DNA of 60,925 bases, filler included, from Sluysia triapertura (lineage: Eukaryota), in the NCBI GenBank assembly GCA_046118255.1. It is 4 parts of 4 records of this genome, joined end to end, with 100 filler letters (N's around TTAATTAATTAA, not from the genome) between each part and the next. Parts side by side here need not be neighbours in the genome. Positions count along the whole stretch, not along the records: positions 36,208 to 49,789 come from JBJNIA010031271.1; positions 49,890 to 60,925 come from JBJNIA010189808.1; 2 more parts are not named here. One strand, 5' to 3'. Shown one piece after another: positions 40,580 through 53,100 of this stretch. The position numbers and the translations under genes were made by a program. The notes below the pieces were generated by a model. That model worked only from the letters and a program-made list of their open reading frames with translations, was not told the origin of the DNA and ran no database searches. How positions within the stretch are numbered: position 1 is the stretch's first letter; every line of letters begins with the position of its first letter.

Positions 40580-40736
40580 TGTTGGGGTAAAATTGCCTAA
40601 GGTGCCATTTGGTAGAATTGACTGTAATAGAATAAAATTGTTAGACGGAGCTAATAGCTCAGTGGTAGAGCAATCGAACTGCGCAGTGATGGTCCCGGGT
40701 TCGATCCCCGGTCAGTCCATTTTACGAAGTCTAACA
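40580..40736 (+). mobile_element. 157-bp solo-LTR-like element (TG...CA, TSD GTTT) containing a tRNA-derived cassette
   Basis: GTTT|TGTTGG...GTCTAACA|GTTT. The homologous repeat at about 15800 (TAAAGTTTGAGAG) lacks the insert and so shows the empty site. Confidence 0.75.
40648..40719 (+). tRNA. tRNA-Ala(TGC)-derived pseudo-tRNA / Pol III cassette
   Basis: D arm TAGCTCAGTGGTAGAGC, perfect T arm CCGGG-TTCGATC-CCCGG, TGC at positions 34-36, G3:U70, A73, then a TTTT terminator. The anticodon stem (ATCGA/AGTGA) does not pair and the acceptor stem has 2 mismatches. Confidence 0.75.
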
Positions 40737-43379
40737 GTTTGACGGACAGTACCATGTAACTGTCAAAGTTATAATTGTCGGTTTAGTTCTCAAAGAAGTT
40801 TTTATGATTTGTAAGAGCATTTGATTGTGAGACTTGGATTGATTGGATAATGAAAGTATATGAAATGAAAATTTTAAAAATTTTTCAACATAATTACAGA
40901 ATCGCACAATCGTACAAGCATCGAACAGGAGAAGATCAACGTATATGATATTCATAAAAGAAGATCCATGCATATGGTAATAGTGTGCATTTTTTTAAAA
41001 TAAAATAAATAATTTTTTAAGGGAACTATTTATCTGATTTTATAACACAATAATTTTGTAATAATAACATATCATAATAATTTTTTTAAGTTATTAATAA
41101 ATAAATTTGATTTTTGGGTTATCATTTTTGATTTGAAACATTTTCATATGTACACAATTATTTTTAACTTTAAATTTTCTAGATATTGATAAATTTTTTT
41201 TGGGACGATCCCTGCCCAATTTATTTTAAAAATATTTTGAATTAATTATTTGAATTTTTGCGATTTAAGTTAACTTTATGAGAGATACCCTGCCTGATTT
41301 ATTATAAAAATATTTAAGCACCATTACTATCTTAAACTTACTAGATTTTGATATTTTAGTGTTTGTTGCGTCACCCCTGGTTCCTCTAGATAGATTTTCA
41401 TATCCTTATACTATTATAAACGTTATTGTTAATATCGTCATTTTAGTCATTTTTAGTATTGTTTCTAATAATACTAATTTGTATTTTATTTTTATTTAAC
41501 CAATAAATTATTGTGTTGTTATAGATTTGATTTTCAAAAACTTAGTTTTGGGGTGATTAATTATTATTATCAAAGTAAGAGAAAATGCATACTTTATATA
41601 GTGACTACTTAAATCATTGATATTCTTTTTAAGCTAATTACATTGATATTGATTTATCGTAGCTAATAATTTCCAAATTTGCAACAATTAAATTAATAAT
41701 TGTTATAATTTCCATAATTTTTATTATTTATTTAACTTCTAAATTACTTTTATAATTGAATTAATTTTCATTTTCAATTCGATTTTTATAATTAAATTCA
41801 TTTAATTATTGGTTTAATTTTTAATATTGATTTAATTCTAAATTAAATGTAACTCAGCACCTTAACTGCAATAGATTTTTATACTCCTTAATTTTAAAGA
41901 AAATTATTATAAGGTAACGATCCTTTCGCAGTCTAAAGCGCTATAATAATCTTCAGTGTATGATTTTTCCTTTGGCCAATATTAGAGATTCATCTATTAA
42001 TTGATTTGAAGTTCTTGTCAAGATGATTAGATATTTTGACATACAGCAAACGCTGAAATGTTAAAATTTCGAAATAACTGTTTCAAACAATGGGTAATTC
42101 CAAGACATTTATTGCAAGATTCTTCAAGGAATTGGAATATTTTTGGTCATGAGCACGACTGTGATTGTCATATTCAACTCTTCTGAAATATTCCGACTAG
42201 TTTAGCTGTAAGATTTTATATTTTAGTCCAGACAATTTTACTTGAATAAATTATTTTAAATCTAATTGATGCATACTTAATTCCTTTTAGGTACAAAGCG
42301 AAATCAATTGCAAACAATTTATGTAACCATAAAGTGTCATTGTGAAGCAATTTAAAAATCTTAAAATAGATAAGAGATTGTCTAATAATTTAATTGCAAT
42401 TGTTAAAATTCAAAACAAACATCGTCTAAATTAATTATTATCATTGGCGCAGATTTAATAAAAATATCAATTATACAATTGTAATTTATTTGAGTACTTC
42501 GAAGATTTGCTTCAACACCACATTGTCCATATTACACTTACATTCAGTTTATTTAGAAACACTTTTTCCTATATTCGAATGTTTTAGTATTATTTTACTA
42601 ATTAACGTGTTCATTAACAAATTACTTTATAGTTTGCACAGTTTTATAAGCTTTATTCAAATGAGTTAGTCAGTCGATATTTGTATCGCTAAAATATTTT
42701 CTCATATCAACTAAATGACACATTTAATTGAGTTAACGAATGGATTATTGTACGAACGACAGGTATTAAATGCGACATAAAAATGAATTACAGTAAATGA
42801 TTGGCTTGAGGTAAAAAATACGAAAATCGCAGTAACATTGAAAGAAATGAATTCATTTGTCCGATCCCACTTATACATACATATATTACATTGAAAAAGA
42901 AAAAGAAAATACTAAATATTTATCACAAAACCAAAAAAATGTTCACCGTTATCCAATACAAGTTACGCTACAAATATTACATAATATAATATACATTATT
43001 AAGAAACAATAGAAAATTTAGTGATTAATCTTATTTTGTACAATTATTTAATTTAAATTGCTAGACATTTTTTTACAACTTTAAGTTCAGTGATAATTAT
43101 GCAGTTTGTAGTTGTAGTGCTGAACAAAAATCTGAAAATTATTTTTGTATAATTTGTATGATTTTTCAATAATTCATTATTTTAATTTTTTTACTTATTT
43201 ACAATAACACGTAATCTAAATTTAAAAAATATGCTTTTCTAACATAATATTTTACGTATTTTAGGACTGAATACAACACAATCAGCATCAACTAAGCGTA
43301 AACGATAGTCATAATTAATGTCAATTTTCTAGTTTCCAAAGCTTGACTTCAGCATTTATTGTGTTAGAATTAGATGAGC

Positions 43380-43860
43380 AATCTTTCCTAAAGTTTGAAG
43401 AGATAAAATATTTTAATTTTTAATTTAGATTTACTCACTTGTCAATGTTTAAAGCAGAAAATCTCAGGCTTTGGCTTCTTTAAATTAAAGGTAACAATTG
43501 AAGTTTTCGTCAAGTATGAGCTTCCTTCAATGATGAACACTTTTTTTTGCCTAGTTAAGTATCCTTTTCTTTTGGTTGTTCCACAAACATAGAAAACAGC
43601 ATTACTTTTTTAGGTCCTCCATTCAAGAGAATAATTCAATTATTTGAAGATAGCATACCGTATTTCACTCGTAATCACTCGTATTTCAAGCTTTCCAATA
43701 ATTATTTCATAATTTTCTTTCATGTTCCTCCAATAAGCAACAAGAACTGCTACATATTTCAAAATAACATGCAAATTCTTGGTGAAAATATTTAAACTAA
43801 CGTGGAACGTATACTATTGCGTAAATAAACATAAAATTTTATATAATCTACCAAACTCGA
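43380..43860 (-). mobile_element. DNA transposase remnant, Chapaev(CMC)-like
   Basis: KYVAVLVAYWRNMK / LLESLKYE / CCFLCLWNN (cf. GYTKxCCFLCLWDSR) / LLPLI (cf. LPPLHIKLG) in the expected order. Family assignment is from memory. Confidence 0.5.
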
Positions 43861-44650
43861 AATGATGAACTATTCAAACCATTTTCTGACTCAGAATAAT
43901 GTGCTCTGCACAAATGTACTACTAATGCGTGATGTTTAATCATATATTACTTAAGTTAACTAAATTTCTATTACACTGTACAAGAAAATGATTTTGAATT
44001 GACATCGTTAAAAATAAGGCATGTTTCGAAATAAGTAAATGAAATAAAGTTGAAAATAAAACTCATATACAAGTTATTTATAAAAATTGTTTTGAGAATA
44101 AATCAGTTTTGAATTAGTTTCTTTTGGTAGTGAGAAAACAGAAAGTATAAATGTTTTTCAGTTTTTATTAGGACATTCAATTTTAAATGCTTTATTTTTA
44201 ACTTTTATAATTTAAACAATACAACTCAATCAAAGTTAGTTTTCTTTCATTGATTGACCTATTATAAGACATCAGAAACATTTTACTGACCGTCAATTTG
44301 CTTCTTTTTATTGAATCTAAAAGAAAACTGAAGAGAAAGAAAGAAAGAAAGAAATTTTGGATACGCAATAAGTATAGTATGAATACTTACTTGTGAACTT
44401 ATGATTTATTTAAATAAATTTCGTTTTTTAAAAAGTAAATCATAAGTTTAATTGATACAGTAAATACTAAAGTTGCGTATTAGAATGCATTTAAGATGTT
44501 GATTTAAACAAAATAATTAAAGAAATAAATTTTAACTTTAAAACATTCATGTTAACCTTAATTGAAATTAAATGAGAAATATTTTCACCTTGAAACATTA
44601 AATGAAATTCTATATTAAGTTTCTTAATTAAAGGTATATTATTTTGTTTA

Positions 44651-44706
<56 letters not shown>

Positions 44707-44711
44707 TAATA
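44651..44711. repeat. (AAT)n microsatellite
   Basis: Directly visible. Confidence 0.95.
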
Positions 44712-46683
44712 AGTATCACTAATAGAAAATTTAAATATGTACATTTAAATTCACAGCCGATTTAAAGTCATAATAACCGCTTAATAATAAAAAATAATTA
44801 TATTATTTATTATTAATACGTTTTATGAATCAAAGCCATAAAACCTTTCGTGGAACAATTCGTCCAAAAATCACACTTTATATTTAAAATATTGAAGTTG
44901 TTTTGTGCAGAAATAATTAAATAAATTTCCGTAAATTTATATAACGAAAAATGCATATTTATGTAAGTATTGCTTACTTGAGATAACTCGAGCGTGTTCA
45001 TTATAAAAAACAATAACCATATTTTTGTTACCTAAAAACAAGCTCGAAAAGAATTAAATAGACAAATTAGCAAATTTAAGAAATGTAAAAATCACACTAC
45101 ATAAAAACAAAATATTTAGTGAAAATATTGTAAAATCTACTTATAACAAATATGAATAAAAATAACATACTAGTATCATATTATCAAGAATGGTTTTTAC
45201 CATAAAAAATTTTAAGAAGCACTTATTAATATAGCATTTATGAAACAAAAGAGTTTCAAGAAATATCATTCTTGTCTTTTATTGTTCTTCGGCATACTTT
45301 ATCTAAATGACCATATATATTTTCTAATCCATTTTCTTAAATATGAAAAATCTTATATAAATTTCACGAAGTATCATAGTAGAACGAAAATCATTTCAGT
45401 TCCAGCAATGTTGAAATTTAAAAATACATTAAACCACAATAATTAAAAAGTTATTTAATTATTTTTTTAAGAAAAAAAGTTATTCTTGCAATATTTTCAC
45501 AATACATAATAATTAGATCATAGGAAAAACAAGAAATGTAGGTCGTAAAGATATGACACAGATTACATACATACATAAGCAATACTTAAAAATTAAATTT
45601 GGCACAGGAACATTATTATAAATTGGATTAATTCTAACATACAATTTTAATAAACAATACTAATTATATTTTAAAAATACTGTTTCTTATATAATCTGGA
45701 TTAATAGTATTATTATTGTCATTTTTATCGGCTGCTAAACTAGATTGATTAGTAGAAGCATGAAAATAATCGTTATCAAAACCATTATAAGATTTATTGA
45801 CATTATCAATACATGAATTTTGTAATAGCCAATTAAAATAATAGGAATCGGATAATTGTAACTCTTGATTATTTGACGTCTTTAAGAAATTATCTTCTTC
45901 CGTCTTGTCAGTACTCAATAAAACACTCTTCCGTTCAATTGTAAAAGGAATATTGTCATATTAATAATCAATTGGTAAAACGCCTTTATGTATCATGCTC
46001 GGTGAATCATGAACAATTTTTAGATCATTAGGTAAGAGCATCATCAACGAATCTGTAGAAGTAATCGTGGTGTGACGAAGAATATCATTTTCAAAATCAT
46101 TTGAACGTGTTAAAAAAATTACTTACATGCCAATCCATGAAATTTTTATTCTTTATCGTTTTGAACCCTTCTTTTTGTATGCGCCTGCATTCGTCTTACA
46201 AAGCCATGTATTTTCCCGTTCTTCTGATCCACAACATATCAATTTGCTGATTAAGTAAAGCTAGTTCAAGACCATGGTCCTTACATTCTCTTTCAGTTTT
46301 CTTTTGTTTAATTTCTTGATTATGAACATTTTGTTGAACATGAAATCAAGAAACGTTTTTTGCTCCGTTAAATCATCGGTTTCAAATCTGGATTAAACAC
46401 ATTCAAGGTTACTGGTAAAGAGAAGTAACTAGGACATTCAAAGTTTTAAAAGTTACGATAATAAATACAATAAAAAGGGTAGTGTTTCAGTGATGATGAG
46501 TTGGCAACAAGCGTTACGTAAAAGAAAAATAAATGAATATTCATTTTTCTAAAAAATGCAATCTTCAATTTTAAATTAAACACATTATAAAAATTATTTT
46601 TATATTTTATTATTTATTTTCTACATTCAGCTGTATCAATACATTCGTTATAATTTCCATTATAAATATTTATTTTTCTGAGT

Positions 46684-47781
46684 ATGAATGTATATGATTA
46701 TAATGTATCGGAACAGTTAATAAAAATATGTTTAAATGTTACAAATATAATGGCCAATCAAAACAGTCAACAATGGACTAATCTTCACAATTTTTATGTG
46801 TATTTTGCATCATGGTATATACCATGTGTAATAATATTTGGTTTATCTGGAACATTGCTCACACTTATTGTTCTTTGTAAACATAAATCTAGTGCTACTT
46901 TTGAGTTACATCTATGGCTTATTACACTTTCTGTTGCTGATATATATTCATTGTCTGTTGGTCTATTTATATTGTACATTGACAAAGTAATTCAAATATT
47001 GGTACAAAATTTTCAAGTTCCGCTGATTTTCAAAATAGGAATCAAAAATGACAACGTCATATCGTGTTACATGTTAAATTTTATGATTTATTTTGGACTT
47101 ATGTCATCAGTTTGGATTCAAGTTGGTATTTCAATACACCGTGTTATATCAATCCAGTGTTCATCGATTATCAATAATTCTCACTTAAAACGTTCAATCA
47201 ATAAATTATTACTTATTTTCTGCATCACATTTTCAATAATATCAGCATTTATTTTAGTCATTTATTCTATGGAATATGTATCGGCTGATATATGTCCACT
47301 TCGAAAAATTTGCCGCTTAAAACATTCCAGAATCAAGCTTTTCTTTTATTGTAGTTTAGCATTTAAAGTTATTATACCACTTGCAATTCTAATCACTTGT
47401 TCATTGATTATTTCATATAGATTGAAAAAAGTATTTAATCAATATTCAATTTATGTTCATAATAATGATTTTATTAGACTTAGAAATTGTAAACATCGTA
47501 ATATCTCATTAACATTACTAGGTCTTAATTTTGCAGTGTTTTTATTCGTAATGCCATTTGATGTTTATCGAATAGTTGAATATTATAAGGAACATAGTAA
47601 TTTAGAACATCATGGTTTGGATTTAATTAATAAAGAATCAAAAATAAGTTTCGCTACCATGAGAGTTATTGATAAATTTTTAAATATTTTACTCTATACT
47701 AACAATGCAACTAATTGGTTATTTTATTTTATGTTAGGAAAACAATTTCGAAAGGCAATGTATAATGTGATGTTTTGTTGA
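46684..47781 (+). CDS. Class A (rhodopsin-like) GPCR, orphan/neuropeptide-receptor-like, intronless
   Basis: 365-aa ORF with 7 hydrophobic segments: TM1 FGLSGTLL, TM2 LSVAD, Cys at the top of TM3, TM3 SIHRV (DRY position), TM5 IIP, TM6 FVMP, TM7 NNATNWLFY, helix 8 GKQFR, N-terminal N-glycosylation sites. Confidence 0.93.
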   Translation: MNVYDYNVSEQLIKICLNVTNIMANQNSQQWTNLHNFYVYFASWYIPCVIIFGLSGTLLTLIVLCKHKSSATFELHLWLITLSVADIYSLSVGLFILYIDKVIQILVQNFQVPLIFKIGIKNDNVISCYMLNFMIYFGLMSSVWIQVGISIHRVISIQCSSIINNSHLKRSINKLLLIFCITFSIISAFILVIYSMEYVSADICPLRKICRLKHSRIKLFFYCSLAFKVIIPLAILITCSLIISYRLKKVFNQYSIYVHNNDFIRLRNCKHRNISLTLLGLNFAVFLFVMPFDVYRIVEYYKEHSNLEHHGLDLINKESKISFATMRVIDKFLNILLYTNNATNWLFYFMLGKQFRKAMYNVMFC

Positions 47782-48169
47782 TTTAAACAAAATTTTAAAT
47801 TCAATTTCTGTTAAAATATTAATATAAAATAATACTGACAGATAACTACAAATAATATGACTATTTTAATTTTTTCTGCGCTTCTATTTAATAATTTACC
47901 TATCCAAATCGTCTGACTATTTTTACATAAAGATGTGAGGTGTTTATTATCGAAAACAAAAGCAAATGTTACCAATTGAGAATTGAAAAATTTTATCAGT
48001 AATTTTAGTGAATAACACTTTGTATTTACAAGCACGTGATATCGATTATTTTTAAAGAGTTTCAATATAGTACTTTTCTAGAAATACATCTTTGAAAAAA
48101 TTCAACAGTTGTAGGAATCTTAAAAAGCTTATGTATTAAAAAAGTCGAGTTAGTTTACATCTATTAATG

Positions 48170-48872
48170 CAGTAGATACTCAAAAGTTACCATTTTTTAA
48201 GACATGGCCACTTATTAAAATTAATTAGAAATCATTTGAACAAGAAAACAAAATAAATATCTTAATATGCTTTCTTGTGTGTAAATTGATTTCATAAGAA
48301 ATTATATCCTGCACTTGAACTTGAAGTCTGATAATTTCATAAATTTCATCCTTTTGTGATGTTTGGTTCCTTCATCAAATTCTGAACTATCTATTCACAA
48401 TTGAGAATCATTTATAACTTCTTGTAGGTCCTTTTCAATAATCTCGTGATTACCTTCTTATGAATGATTTGCAATTGGATCTTGTAAGTTTTTTTCAAAA
48501 TGTTTCAAAACACTTTGTAGTTTTCGGCGTTTTTATTTGATTGATTGTAATCTTTGACCACATCGTTGCATCTGATGCCGCAACGACTTTTAATGCCGTA
48601 TTTTTGAAGCATAAGTCTTTCGATAAATAGATTTTTGTAATTACCTTTAAAATTTTTAATAATTCTCAGAGTAAGACTGTTCTCGTAATAGTGCATTTTT
48701 CCTTTATCATTTAATCTTGATATTTTTATTGAATAAAAAATAGAAACAGTTTTAAATTTAGATTTTGTCAGTAATCACTTTACAAATGAAGTTTTAAGAT
48801 AAAATTAAAAATTTATTTTATATTTTAAATGGTTATCTTTATTAAGATGGTCACTTTTGAGAGTATCTACTG
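48170..48872 (-). mobile_element. pogo/Tigger-type internally deleted DNA transposon
   Basis: TIRs CAGTAGATACTCAAAAGTTACCAT ... ATGGTCACTTTTGAGAGTATCTACTG|TA. Internal RIIKNFKGNYKNL (cf. QGIIKNFKxxYR) and an acidic C-terminal tract. Confidence 0.8.
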
Positions 48873-49789
48873 TATTTGTTAATTCAACTAAATCAGGTGG
48901 GTTTGCATCCGATTTTAACTAGTCGTATGTATTAAAACACGATGTGTACATAGAATTATTTAAATGTGAATTTGAATGTAAAATGGCTTTTTATGATTTT
49001 CAAGAAGCAACTAATGCATCAGATGTAACTGACGAATAAATTTATTTTTATTACTCAGTATTCGAAAAATTTTATAACTTCTAAATAGTATTTTTAAAAA
49101 TTTTTAATCAAACTATTTAATAATACTCGGAGTTATTTGCAAAAAAATTAAAAATTAATGATACATTTGCAAATACTAGGTTTAATATGTTTATTTTTTT
49201 TATTTAAATTTTAAAAAATATTATGAATTACGAAGTAAATATAGCAAAATTAAATTGTTCTTATTATTTATTGTGAATAATCAATTTAGAACCACTCAAA
49301 ATAATTTTTTATCTGTAATTTCTTTTTAATGTAATTCTGATTTTTATCGATTATAAAAATGGTACTCTTGAGCTATTTATCGCCATGTTTTAAAAAATGT
49401 AGAAATATATTTCCAAATAATCACGATTTATCGATATTATGATTATATTGAATCGATGTAAAAAATAACTTGAATATTGATGTTCCAAATGATGTATTTA
49501 TTTTATTGTTATTGAAATTCTATTAAAATTTTAAGAAATTCAGTAAAATTTGTAGTAAACATTGATTACTTGTTCATTTTTCTTATTGTTTATTTACGAA
49601 TAGTATTTTAGCTTACTAACCTGAAATAATATGAAATTTGTGATACGTGTTTATTACACTGTTGTATTATCGAAAAACATGAAATCGGAAATTAAAATAA
49701 TATTCTGATAGATAATATTTCTATTTAGTTTTTGTTAGAATATTCATTTTAAATGCGTAATTTTAAAAGTTAGATCCTTTCTACAAATC

Positions 49790-49889
49790 NNNNNNNNNNN
49801 NNNNNNNNNNNNNNNNNNNNNNNNNNNNNNNNNTTAATTAATTAANNNNNNNNNNNNNNNNNNNNNNNNNNNNNNNNNNNNNNNNNNNN
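49790..49889. other. Artificial contig linker
   Basis: N44-TTAATTAATTAA-N44. Confidence 0.97.
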
Positions 49890-50190
49890 TACAACAGTTT
49901 TAAATGGAATAATTGGATGTATAACATAAAAGATAGGATTTTATAGATATGGGTCATTTGACCCTTGCTTGTAAGAATAGGTATAAATATACCGACGGTG
50001 TGTTAATTACAATAGTGATACCATTTGGGTAGTGATATTTAATAAATTATTTAATAAATATATTATTTAAAAAGTGATATTATTTGGCAACATATGTTAT
50101 AAAGCAAAACTTTAAAATTAAAATGTCAGGATTATGATTATAAATATCGTACAAATTAAATATCTTGTTTGTAAAATCATTTTCACTAAC

Positions 50191-53100
50191 CTGATTTTTG
50201 TTTAGCTAGTTTCTTTGTTTTTCCTTCACCTATTCCATACGGTGTTCCATTAATAAAACACTGTACTTCAAAATCATGGATACCAGTTTTGTTATTATTA
50301 AAATTGAATTTTGGAGTCATTCCAAAGGCATGTTGACAATACATGTTGAGAATACAAGAATGATTTCGGCCAATTATATCAATATCTAAAATAAGTGATT
50401 AAGATGAGGCCCAAGTAAGATTTAATTAGAGGAGCTGAAATTTCTAATTATTTCTATGCAATACATTACAATTTATATATTAAAATTAGAATTTCAAAGC
50501 AACCTCTAAATACCTCTCACTTTCTTGAAGGCTTATCGTACTTCAAAGGTTACTCCATATAAATTCAAATCACTGATAAAAGCAAATATTTTAAGTCAAA
50601 TATGAAAGTCACTCACATATATCTTTGTTAGGAACTTTAATTTGATTATTGATACATTGAGACTGGACAAATTTAGCACATTTGTCGACGTCTGAAACAG
50701 TTTTAACGCCACTGTTACTTTCATGTAAAGAAACAAGTTCATTACATTGTTTATTTGGTGCAACTGCAGAATCATTCGAACCGAAATTTACACTTGATTT
50801 TTTATCTTCTTTTTCACTTTTTTGGTCCACTTTGTGATTGTTTTTATTTTTCTTGAAATGTGTATTACTTAATACAAATACTATATATAATTCCAATACT
50901 ATAAATGAATTATTAATTTTTTTAACGATTATTTCTTTAATACGTAACTTAAAATTAAAAGTATAACTGTGTTTATATAGAAACATTTTCCCAGGATCCG
51001 AATTTAAACAATTTTAATCACATCTAAGGCACATTAATATTTTAAACAATTTATTTCAATCTAAAATTATCATATTCTGGCCAATCCTGTTAAAATTTTC
51101 AAAGTGCATGACATTAAATTTTAATCAAAAAATGAAGTTAAAGAAACATGTAAATAAGGATGAATACAGTTTTTTAGTTTATTTAGACTATTTTAATATT
51201 TTAATAAACTGTAATTAAAGAATAACTCATCAATTATTTTTAAAACACTTTTTACAAAAAATGAATACTTCGAGGAACATGTACATAAAAAATTGTATTA
51301 ATATGCTAGATGCGATAATCAAGTAGTTGGTCTTCTAATGAAAGGAAACTGAAAAAATTTTGATTTTTTATATCAGTAATTCTCAACCTTTTTCTCGACG
51401 CGGAGCTTTTAATAACAAATTTTGACGTAATAATAAAATAAATTTAAAAGAATTTCCTTTGGTTAAATGATTACCTATAATATATTTTGTAGAATCCACT
51501 TGTCGACTAGTAGGCTAAGCAGTAAAAGTAATATAAGCCAGTACCTAAAGCTTTAATGCGCATTACACATTTTTCTGACGTCGTTTATACATTGGCGACA
51601 TATTAAAGTGCGAGACACAGTGATTGAGAATAACTGCTTTATGTAATTATATCTAAGTCATCAATACATATAAATTGTATAATTATATTTGGGTTAACAA
51701 TATACCTTTGCTTTATATTTTATATAGAAAAAATTCGCATTATGAATGACAAAACTTTATTTGTTACAAGAAAAATATTTAAAGAATTAAGCGATAGCGA
51801 ATATTATTGTAGAATGCAACTATTAACCGATCATCATAATATTTTCTTAAGAACAATTGATTTTTTGTTTCTATTGACTATTTTGCAGAAAAATATTTAA
51901 TATATGTAACTTCTGGTCATTATAATAATTAACAAGTGACTAACAAATAATAATGATAATTATACTATATAAAAATACTTAACTTTATGTAATATAAAAT
52001 TCATCTTTCACTACAACAATAATAATAATAAATAATCATCTTCTTCATCTTCATCAATAATCAATATTAATAATTTGACCGCATAATTCAAGAAAATTTA
52101 TAAATTTATAAACTTTTACTTCAAATAGGCTACATAAATTGATTTAAATATAATCTTAATAATTTTTGGCATCAATAATTATTTAACCTTTCGAGGCATG
52201 GAAATTTATTAAAAACCCATCTTACACAGATATTTTTTCTCTTTATTAACACATTGTATGCGCGGCTAGTTGAGTATAACTTGCTAGTTGTCGCAAGCAT
52301 ATCCAACTTGCGAGGCAATATATTCACGACGGCGTACAATTGATTAAATCATGTTAAATCGACAAGGCTCGAATTTTCAAATTATTTTAAAATACGTCTT
52401 ACCCGAAATAATATAAACTGTGATCAAAATCACTATAAGTTCTCATTAATAGAAATTGCAGTATCCCACAAACGAATGTAGTTTCCCGTTTCATATAAAA
52501 ACTTAAAAAATAATTCAATTAAACTATACTAAGTTATAAATCGAGATAGACCCTCGTAACTTTGTGTTAAACACATCTCGTAAAACAGAGCAAATATAAG
52601 CCTAAATCATTTACTATAGGCGAACCTCACATTAATATGTTCATTTCGTAAGCGATAAGTTTAGTATAAAATCATATGCAAATAAATAAAGTAAATAGTG
52701 ATTGGGTCTTACATAAAGTACATTATGTGAATAAACAATACATAATAATACAAATAAAAAAATTTGTATCTAAATAAATGTTTAACTTGTAACTTAGTAT
52801 TTTTGCCTTTATAGAATAAATTTTAATTTAATTTAAATTTTTTTGTCTCAACACAAGATAAACCTTACTCCATAAGATAATCGCAATATTTATTGAGGAA
52901 ATTACGATTACATGGTAATATTAAGCGAATCAAATAGTGATAATTATATATGCATAAATTTCTTACAAAAATTTAACTAGTGGATGAATTTAAAAAGATA
53001 TATTACCGTAATTTCATTTTGGGATTTCAAAATGACAATTGTAAAACTGTGTTTCTCTTTTACTCTTACATCACATTTAAAAATATGATTCTGAAATAAG

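Noticed and set aside
40648-40719. Functional tRNA gene
   Set aside because: The anticodon stem cannot pair, U33 is absent and the acceptor stem is mismatched.
9250-49700. Reassigned TAA codon (Gln/Glu), suggested by isolated in-frame TAA stops in several coding-like stretches
   Set aside because: The genuine RhoGAP, GPCR and DGCR8 exons use CAA/GAA abundantly with no in-frame TAA, and TAA ends the EB-domain gene. The stops are better explained by decay.
49621-49704. Continuation of DGCR8 (DFMFFDNTTV**TRI resembles the inter-dsRBD linker)
   Set aside because: Two stops in that frame, the other frames are closed, and it lies across an artificial contig join.
53007-53090. 84-nt AG/GT-bounded open segment as a DGCR8 exon
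   Set aside because: It is open only in phase 0, whereas the flanking exons join in phase 2; inclusion would introduce a stop.
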